From the UHGV virus genome UHGV-0074586: DNA of 11,801 nt. One strand, written 5' to 3'. Positions 6,793 to 11,801 of the stretch are shown here, in pieces. Below the pieces are notes generated by a model. It saw nothing but the letters and a program-made list of their open reading frames with translations. It searched no databases and was not told where the DNA came from. The translations under genes were made by a program, and so were the position numbers. Positions within the stretch are counted from its first letter, which is position 1. Each line of letters begins with the position of its first letter. The stretch is from a virus.

Positions 6793-7082
6793 TGGCTAAC
6801 CTACGCAAAGAAGCACGCGGCAGAGAATGCCAGGTACGTATTTACGGCGTATGCAATGGCAACCCTGAAACTACAGTTCTGGCACATTACCGGATGGCTG
6901 GAATTTGCGGAACGGGAATGAAGCCTGACGACCTGATCGGCGCATGGGCTTGTAGCGCGTGTCACGATGAAATCGACCGACGCACCCATAACCTCGACAA
7001 CAAAGACGCCAGACTTTACCACCTCGAAGGCGTAATCAGGACGCAGGCGATACTGCTGAAGGAGGGGAAGATTAAGCCATGA
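6792..7082 (+). CDS. small Cys/His-rich protein of the kind found upstream of rusA in lambdoid nin regions (DUF1364-like)
   Basis: 96 aa with a C-x8-C...H...C...CxxCH pattern. TAATG overlap with the upstream stop and ATGA overlap with rusA. Family name from memory. Confidence 0.55.
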   Translation: MANLRKEARGRECQVRIYGVCNGNPETTVLAHYRMAGICGTGMKPDDLIGAWACSACHDEIDRRTHNLDNKDARLYHLEGVIRTQAILLKEGKIKP

Positions 7083-7441
7083 ACGAATATCAGTTTGTGC
7101 TTCCATACCCACCGTCGCTGAACACCTACTGGCGAAGACGGGGAAGCCAATACTACATCAGCGATAAAGGCCAGAAATACCGAAAAGACGTTCAGCAAAT
7201 CATCCGCCAACTCAAGTTAGACATTTTCACCAAATCACGACTCCGCATCAAAGTCATCGCAGACGTTCCAGACTCCCGCCGCCGCGACCTCGATAACATC
7301 CTGAAAGGTTTACTCGATTCCCTTATCCACGCCGGATTTGCGGAAGACGACGAGCAATTCGATGACATTCGCGTAATTCGTGGTGTGAAAGTACCAGGCG
7401 GACGGCTTGGAATAAAAATCACCGAACTGGAGAACGCATGA
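7079..7441 (+). CDS. rusA: RusA-family Holliday junction resolvase
   Basis: 120 aa, colinear with E. coli RusA as I recall it, including the RRRDLDN catalytic motif and GGRLGIKITEL C-terminus. Confidence 0.88.
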   Translation: MNEYQFVLPYPPSLNTYWRRRGSQYYISDKGQKYRKDVQQIIRQLKLDIFTKSRLRIKVIADVPDSRRRDLDNILKGLLDSLIHAGFAEDDEQFDDIRVIRGVKVPGGRLGIKITELENA

Positions 7442-7626
7442 ACGCCACAATTCAAACGATACCAGAGCTTCTTATCCAGACACGAGGCAATCAGACCGAA
7501 GTGGCGAGGATGCTTTCCTGCGCAAGAGGAACAGTGCTCAAGTACAACCGAGACAGCAAAGGCGAGCTTCACGTAATAGTTAACGGCGTCCTGATGGTCA
7601 AACAGGGCAAGAGGGGAAGACGATGA
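7438..7626 (+). CDS. ninH: NinH
   Basis: 62 aa with the ...GNQTEVARMLSCARGTVLKY...VIVNGVLMV core matching lambda NinH. ATGA overlaps on both sides. Confidence 0.8.
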   Translation: MNATIQTIPELLIQTRGNQTEVARMLSCARGTVLKYNRDSKGELHVIVNGVLMVKQGKRGRR

Positions 7627-8111
7627 GCATAAGAGAACTAAACCTCACCAAAGAGCAGCACGAGTGGCTGAATGGCTGGCTTGAACTGTGGGGCGCATGG
7701 GTTTATTCAGGTCGTCTGGAAAAGCGCATGAGCAGCGTAATAGCGAAGTTCATGGAGAGCGTAGAGCCGGGAAGAGTTATGACAAGGCCAATGTGCAATG
7801 ATGATGATGGAATGTTGATTTCTCAGGTCGTCGATTCCGTCATGTACATTGACAAGAAAGCCTTTGGAATCCTCCTCAGCTACTACGCTCATGGCTCTTC
7901 CAAGCACGCCATTGCATCTTACTATCATCGCGTCGCAAGACCTCGCAAGATGTTATGCCGTGGCGGCGGGCGCATTCAAAAACCATCGCTCGCAACCTGT
8001 CGACGGGAAGTTGACGAAATCCTTAATGCCTCGTTGTTTATGATTTACCCGGTTCTGGATAGTGCGTTTAAAAACCGGAAACGTGTAGAGAAAATTAAAC
8101 ATGTAGCATAG
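7623..8111 (+). CDS. Q-like late-gene antiterminator (non-lambda Q type)
   Basis: 162 aa, last gene before the lysis region. WGAW...RPMCNDDDGMLIS...YYAHG motifs resemble the Q proteins of 933W/82-type phages, not lambda Q. Assigned from memory and position. Confidence 0.65.
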   Translation: MSIRELNLTKEQHEWLNGWLELWGAWVYSGRLEKRMSSVIAKFMESVEPGRVMTRPMCNDDDGMLISQVVDSVMYIDKKAFGILLSYYAHGSSKHAIASYYHRVARPRKMLCRGGGRIQKPSLATCRREVDEILNASLFMIYPVLDSAFKNRKRVEKIKHVA

Positions 8112-8117
8112 AACGTG

Positions 8118-8198
8118 TTGACATCATTGAGCAAATGAGCAACACTATTGGCATAAGCTGCCGTTAGTGACTCTTAAGTTGCAACGGTGGCTTTTTTT
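8118..8198 (+). promoter_or_regulatory. candidate late promoter (consensus -35 TTGACA at 8118..8123) followed by a hairpin plus T7 run (8157..8198)
   Basis: Perfect TTGACA 7 nt after the Q stop; no convincing -10. Stem GCTGCCGTT/AACGGTGGC (two G-U pairs, 17-nt loop) is followed by TTTTTTT ending 5 nt before tRNA 1. Confidence 0.3.
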
Positions 8199-8202
8199 AT
8201 TT

Positions 8203-8277
8203 GGGTCAGTCGTATAAAGGTCATTACTGAAGGCTGTTAACCTTCTTATCGTGGTTCGAGTCCACGCTGTCCCGCCA
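8203..8277 (+). tRNA. tRNA-Asn (anticodon GUU), phage-encoded
   Basis: Hand-folded cloverleaf: 7-bp acceptor stem with one T-T mismatch, perfect anticodon stem GAAGG/CCTTC with loop CTGTTAA, perfect T-arm CGTGG-TTCGAGT-CCACG, encoded CCA. The D-stem has only 3 pairs. Confidence 0.6.
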
Positions 8278-8282
8278 AATAT

Positions 8283-8358
8283 GCTGGTTTAGCTCCAATG
8301 GTAGAGCAGTCGCCTTGTAAGCGAATGGGTAGCGGTTCAAGTCCGTTAACCAGCACCA
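8283..8358 (+). tRNA. tRNA-Thr (anticodon UGU), phage-encoded
   Basis: Hand-folded cloverleaf: perfect acceptor stem GCTGGTT/AACCAGC, D-arm GCTC-CAATGGTA-GAGC, anticodon loop CTTGTAA, T-arm AGCGG-TTCAAGT-CCGTT, discriminator A and CCA. Confidence 0.7.
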
Positions 8359-8519
8359 TAACTGAGCCGTAGCCACTGGCTATCCTGAATTCATCAGTGA
8401 TAGTTATGCTGCGGCCTTCTACACATGACCTTCGTGAAAGCGGGTGGTTCAATTCTGCTGCCTTCTTCACGTTAAAAGAGGAATTAGGCTTCGAAAATGC
8501 AAAAACTTGCAAAAATGAC

Positions 8520-8548
8520 TTGAAAACGAGTTTTGAAACTGCATAATT
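8520..8548 (+). promoter_or_regulatory. sigma70-like promoter (TTGAAA, 16-bp spacer, CATAAT) preceded by phased A-tracts
   Basis: -35 at 8520..8525, -10 at 8542..8547 with a TG just upstream. The preceding 40 bp holds repeated TGCAAAAA/TTGAAAAC A-tracts at roughly helical phasing (8492..8526). Confidence 0.35.
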
Positions 8549-8630
8549 CCTATATGCTCGGACGTCAAAGGCGAAAGAGCTTACCCACCAGCGAAGATGC
8601 CTTGTGCGGAGCGGTGGGAAACACATTCAA

Positions 8631-8658
8631 GCCCTTGCAGAAATGCAGGGGCTTTTTT
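8631..8658 (+). terminator. strong rho-independent terminator in the leader upstream of the insertion operon
   Basis: 9-bp stem GCCCTTGCA/TGCAGGGGC (one G-U pair) with GAAA tetraloop, then TTTTTT. It lies 30 nt upstream of the first operon ATG and inside the ORF-track 5' extension that starts at TTG 8533. Confidence 0.7.
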
Positions 8659-8688
8659 ATTGGCTCAGTGCCACCAGGTGAACACCGT

Positions 8689-9240
8689 ATGCACACGGCG
8701 ATCATTTGCGCTTCCGGACCTTCCCTCACCCACGACGACTGCCAGAAAGCCATTGGCGCTGGATTACCCGTTATTGCGGTGAATTCTTCATGGCGCGCGG
8801 TGCCGGGATGCTCTCACATTTACGCGGGTGATCTGCGCTGGTGGGATGTGAACATTCCCGCGCTGCCCGATGGCCCCGAACGCTGGTCATGTAACCGGAG
8901 AGCACACACCCGATACGGCGTGAGCCTCTTCCCGACAGATACCAGCGGCACATTCAATTCGGGGCAGAGAGCAATCCTGTTCGCTCACTGGCTGGGTGCC
9001 AGTAGCATCATCCTGCTGGGCTTCGATTGCTCAATCTCAAACGGTAGTCACTGGCACGGCGATCACACAGTCCTCGATAACCCGACAGCAGCGAACGTAA
9101 AGCGCTGGCATGGCGAGTTTGCCCGGGTTGCGGCGCAGCTGCGTGGAAGCGTCAATATCATCAACAGCAGCCGCCAGACGGCGCTTAATTGCTTTCGTCG
9201 CTTACCTCTTGAAGCTGCGATCAGCGAGGTTACATGCTGA
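8689..9240 (+). CDS. hypothetical protein with Cst/GT42-like (DUF115/MptE-like) CMP-ulosonate transferase-fold signatures
   Basis: 183 aa from ATG 8689 (AGGTGA 7 nt upstream). IICASGPSL...PVIAVNSSW and FNSGQRAILFAHWLGASSIILLGFDCSISNGSHWHGDH parallel the GNGPSL, RCN, TSG...LGY...LSGIDFY and SHYIGH motifs of Campylobacter Cst-type sialyltransferases as I recall them. Fold-level inference only. Confidence 0.45.
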   Translation: MHTAIICASGPSLTHDDCQKAIGAGLPVIAVNSSWRAVPGCSHIYAGDLRWWDVNIPALPDGPERWSCNRRAHTRYGVSLFPTDTSGTFNSGQRAILFAHWLGASSIILLGFDCSISNGSHWHGDHTVLDNPTAANVKRWHGEFARVAAQLRGSVNIINSSRQTALNCFRRLPLEAAISEVTC

Positions 9241-10175
9241 ATCCTCCGATTTACATCGATGGCATGCTGGGAATGGGAGATACCATTTACCAGCGCGCTT
9301 TCGTCAAACAACTGCCTGCTGGGACATTCATTAAGACGGCATGGCCGGAGCTTTACGAAGATCTGCCGGTGAAAGTTGTCCGAAGTGACACCACGCTCAG
9401 AACGCAGCGTAAAAATGAGTTTCGCAGTTCGGCAAAGTTTTATCCGCCGCCATCGCCACGACAGACGAAGCGAATATTTTACGGACCGTATGATCTGCGG
9501 CGCGGTTCGATATTTGATGCGATGCGACGCCAGTTCGGCGTAACGCCAGCAGCGCTTGATTTGCCATCCTTTGGCCCGTCGCAGTTTACGCACCAAAAGC
9601 CGATCGCCGTTATCCGTCCGGCAACGGTTCGTTCTGAATGGCGTAGCGACTCCCGAAACCCTGACCCCGATTACCTCCTGCGCGCATCGAGAATCCTGCG
9701 GAAACATTTCTGCGTGATTAGCGTTGCTGATTTGCAGGACGGGGAAGAGTGGCTGGTGGGCGAAGAACCAGAGGCGGATCTGAAAATGCACGCTGGCGAG
9801 CTCAATATCAAAGAGCTGATGCGCCTGGTTGAGCATGCCGCTGTCGTGGTTACGCCTGTTGGCTGGGCGCTGCCCGCTGCCATTGCGTACAAAACACCTG
9901 TTTACGTTGTCGCTGGTGGGCGCGGTGGGCATAACGCTCCCGAGATAGTCACCGATCCGGCGATGGATTTATCCCGCGTTGGCTGGGCAATCCCGGACAA
10001 TTATTGTCGCTGCGAAGCGTGGGATCACCATTGCGACAAACGCATCTTCAACTTTGATTCAAAATTCGAGACATGGCTGAATGAAGTCGTTTTATCAGGA
10101 ACTGAACAGCGGGCTGGTATTCCTCCCGGAGCTGGGCATCGGTCGTTATCCGGTTCCGGCATCACGCCCGTATGA
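9234..10175 (+). CDS. hypothetical protein with glycosyltransferase family 9 (ADP-heptose:LPS heptosyltransferase)-like fold; 3' boundary uncertain
   Basis: ATG overlaps the upstream stop (ATGCTGA). N-terminal IYIDGMLGMGDTIYQRAFVKQL and C-terminal ELNIKELMRLVEHAAVVVTPVGWALPAAIAYKTPVYVVAGG follow the GT9 pattern, but the canonical DTGPMHLAAA motif is replaced by TPVGWALPAAIA. The ORF runs 95 nt into the next gene. Confidence 0.45.
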   Translation: MLNPPIYIDGMLGMGDTIYQRAFVKQLPAGTFIKTAWPELYEDLPVKVVRSDTTLRTQRKNEFRSSAKFYPPPSPRQTKRIFYGPYDLRRGSIFDAMRRQFGVTPAALDLPSFGPSQFTHQKPIAVIRPATVRSEWRSDSRNPDPDYLLRASRILRKHFCVISVADLQDGEEWLVGEEPEADLKMHAGELNIKELMRLVEHAAVVVTPVGWALPAAIAYKTPVYVVAGGRGGHNAPEIVTDPAMDLSRVGWAIPDNYCRCEAWDHHCDKRIFNFDSKFETWLNEVVLSGTEQRAGIPPGAGHRSLSGSGITPV

Positions 10176-10690
10176 CGAGCAGTATTTCGCGAAGTATCAG
10201 CAGCTTGCCGACACCGAAACGGGCAGAGCCTTAACGCAATCCCGTATTGAGCTGGTGGCGCGCCATTTTCACGGTCCTGTTCTCGACGTTGGTATCGGTG
10301 CCGGTCAGTTCGTCTCTACCCGACCGGGAACGCTTGGGTATGACGTTAATCCGGCTGGTATCGCCTGGCTGAACGAGCGGGGCGCATTCGCTGACCTCTA
10401 GTCAGGGGCGCGCGCTGACGATGTGGGATGTCCTGGAGCACATCGACGAGCCGGAGCTGGCGGTACAGCAGGCTACAGAGTTTGTTTTCGTGTCGATCCC
10501 CATTTTTACCGATGCCGGAGACATTCTTCGCTCGCACCATTTCAGGAAGAACGAGCACATCTGGTATTTCACTGACGACGGTATTAAGCGCTGGTTTGCA
10601 GAGCAGGGCTTCGAATGCGCTGAACAGAACACAATCGAATGCCAGTTAGGGCGTAAGGGCGTCGCTTCGTACGCTTTCCGCCGCGTTTAG
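10081..10690 (+). pseudogene. class I SAM-dependent methyltransferase split by a frameshift near 10395..10402
   Basis: ORF 10081..10401 carries motif I (VLDVGIGAGQF) and an acidic beta-2 end (GYDVNP). ORF 10421..10690 in another frame carries the DVLEH motif. The frame upstream of 10421 reads ...SSQGRALTMWDVLEH, so one indel just before the TAG at 10399..10401 would restore a single protein of about 200 aa. Confidence 0.6.
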
Positions 10691-10764
10691 TCCCCTCTTA
10701 GCCCATTGCATTTGGGTTTATTCCAGTTTCGCACACATCACCCGCAAACAGGCGAGGTCAACCT

Positions 10765-10923
10765 ATGAATAGCTCTCACGGGATTTTTGAACAAACCATG
10801 AAATGGATCGCGCTATATCTGCCGTCAGTTTACGCCGGGTTATGCGCTCTGGGCATCTCAGCGCTTATCGACATACGCGCAGGGAAGCCGAAACTCTACA
10901 CCGCCACTGGCGCGCTAAATTAA
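10765..10923 (+). CDS. 52-aa small membrane protein immediately upstream of the holin gene
   Basis: GAGGT at 10754..10758 is 6 nt upstream of ATG 10765. Product MNSSHGIFEQTMKWIALYLPSVYAGLCALGISALIDIRAGKPKLYTATGALN has one predicted TM helix. Its stop coincides with the point where lambda-like sequence resumes. Confidence 0.45.
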   Translation: MNSSHGIFEQTMKWIALYLPSVYAGLCALGISALIDIRAGKPKLYTATGALN

Positions 10924-10954
10924 ATAGAGCAAATCCCCTTATTGTGGGTAAGAC

Positions 10955-11278
10955 ATGAAGATGCCAGAAAAACATGACCTGTTAGCCGCCATTCTCGCGG
11001 CAAAGGAACAAGGCATCGGGGCAATCCTTGCGTTTGCAATGGCGTACCTTCGCGGCAGATATAATGGCGGTGCGTTTACAAAAACAGTAATCGACGCAAC
11101 GATGTGCGCCATTATCGCCTGGTTCATTCGTGACCTTCTCGACTTCGCCGGACTAAGTAGCAATCTCGCTTATATAACGAGCGTGTTCATCGGCTACATC
11201 GGTACTGACTCGATTGGTTCGCTTATCAAACGCTTCGCTGCTAAAAAAGCCGGAGTAGAAGATGGTGGAAATCAATAA
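10955..11278 (+). CDS. S: holin S (S107/S105 dual-start class I holin)
   Basis: 107 aa, essentially lambda S as I recall it. Met1-Lys2-Met3 dual-start motif at 10955..10963 and a CCCC...GGG stem upstream. Confidence 0.95.
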   Translation: MKMPEKHDLLAAILAAKEQGIGAILAFAMAYLRGRYNGGAFTKTVIDATMCAIIAWFIRDLLDFAGLSSNLAYITSVFIGYIGTDSIGSLIKRFAAKKAGVEDGGNQ

Positions 11279-11738
11279 TCAACGTAAGGCGTTCCTCGAT
11301 ATGCTGGCGTGGTCAGAGGGAACTGATAACGGACGACAGAAAACCAGAAATCATGGTTATGACGTCATTGTAGGCGGAGAGCTATTCACTGATTACTCTG
11401 ATCACCCTCGCAAACTTGTCACGCTAAATCCGAAACTCAAATCAACAGCCGCCGGACGCTACCAGCTTCTTTCCCGTTGGTGGGATGCCTACCGCAAGCA
11501 GCTTGGCCTGAAAGACTTCTCTCCGAAAAGCCAGGACGCTGTGGCATTGCAACAGATTAAAGAGCGTGGCGCTTTACCGATGATTGACCGCGGTGATATT
11601 CGTCAGGCAATCGACCGTTGCAGCAATATCTGGGCTTCACTGCCGGGCGCTGGTTATGGCCAGTTCGAGCATAAGGCTGACAGCCTGATTGCAAAATTCA
11701 AAGAGGCTGGCGGAACGGTCAGAGAGATTGAGGTATGA
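11262..11738 (+). CDS. R: endolysin R (lytic transglycosylase)
   Basis: 158 aa, essentially lambda R as I recall it ([39 protein letters not shown]...). Start overlaps the end of S as in lambda. Confidence 0.95.
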   Translation: MVEINNQRKAFLDMLAWSEGTDNGRQKTRNHGYDVIVGGELFTDYSDHPRKLVTLNPKLKSTAAGRYQLLSRWWDAYRKQLGLKDFSPKSQDAVALQQIKERGALPMIDRGDIRQAIDRCSNIWASLPGAGYGQFEHKADSLIAKFKEAGGTVREIEV

Positions 11739-11801
11739 GCAGAGTCACCGCGATTATCTCCGCTCTGGTTATCTGCATCATCGTCTGCCTGTCATGGGCT
11801 G
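11735..11801 (+). CDS. Rz: spanin Rz, 5' partial (runs off the right edge)
   Basis: ATGA overlap with the R stop. N-terminus [22 protein letters not shown] matches the lambda Rz signal-anchor. Confidence 0.85.
   Translation, partial: MSRVTAIISALVICIIVCLSWA

Noticed and set aside
8118-8160. A complete PR' promoter with a defined -10 hexamer
   Set aside because: Only the -35 TTGACA is convincing; candidate -10 hexamers at 17 to 19 bp spacing match consensus at 3 of 6 positions or fewer. It is kept as a low-confidence regulatory feature rather than a promoter call.
8359-8480. A third tRNA gene after tRNA-Thr
   Set aside because: A T-arm-like GGTTCAATTC and several hairpins are present, but I could not build an acceptor stem, D-arm and anticodon arm with correct spacing on either strand. 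The segment instead matches lambda-like intergenic sequence as I recall it.
8533-8688. TTG-initiated 5' extension of the first insertion gene (ORF-track start 8533)
   Set aside because: The extension contains the intrinsic terminator at 8631..8658 and the promoter -10, and its translation has no domain signature. A ribosome-binding site plus ATG at 8689 gives a sensible start.
9063-9932. 289-aa minus-strand ORF antisense to the GT9-like gene
   Set aside because: It is fully antisense to a plus-strand gene with translational coupling and recognisable fold motifs; long antisense ORFs are expected by chance in GC-rich DNA. Its product is Arg/Ser-rich and low-complexity.
10428-10649. Alternative 73-aa plus-strand ORF overlapping the second half of the methyltransferase
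   Set aside because: It is out of frame with the DVLEH-containing reading frame and is Ser/Arg-rich low-complexity; the overlapping frame carries the methyltransferase motifs.

Overview
This window is a mosaic lambdoid (lambda-like) phage or prophage segment from an enterobacterial host, running from the immunity region to the lysis cassette. All calls come from reading the sequence and ORF track and from remembered protein families; no searches were run. Gene order left to right: a partial ORF at the left edge; a small multi-pass membrane protein in the rexB position; a cI-like repressor split by a frameshift; a divergent operator/promoter region; cro; a nutR-like boxA/boxB; cII; a small basic ORF; an O-like replication initiator with internal iterons; a DnaB-family helicase; a coupled 34-aa hydrophobic peptide; an HNH-AP2 endonuclease in an AT-rich island; ninB, ninE, ninF; a Rha/KilAC antirepressor-like protein; a Cys/His-rich small protein; rusA; ninH; a Q-like antiterminator; two tRNA genes; then S, R and the start of Rz. 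The most interesting part is a roughly 2.5 kb non-lambda insertion between the tRNAs and the holin gene (about 8447..10923). It carries its own promoter-like element, a leader ending in a strong intrinsic terminator, and a translationally coupled operon: a Cst/GT42-like transferase-fold protein, a GT9 (heptosyltransferase)-like protein, a frameshifted SAM-dependent methyltransferase, and a 52-aa membrane protein. I could not assign this cluster to a characterised system. Two frameshifts (cI and the methyltransferase) are either real decay or assembly errors.
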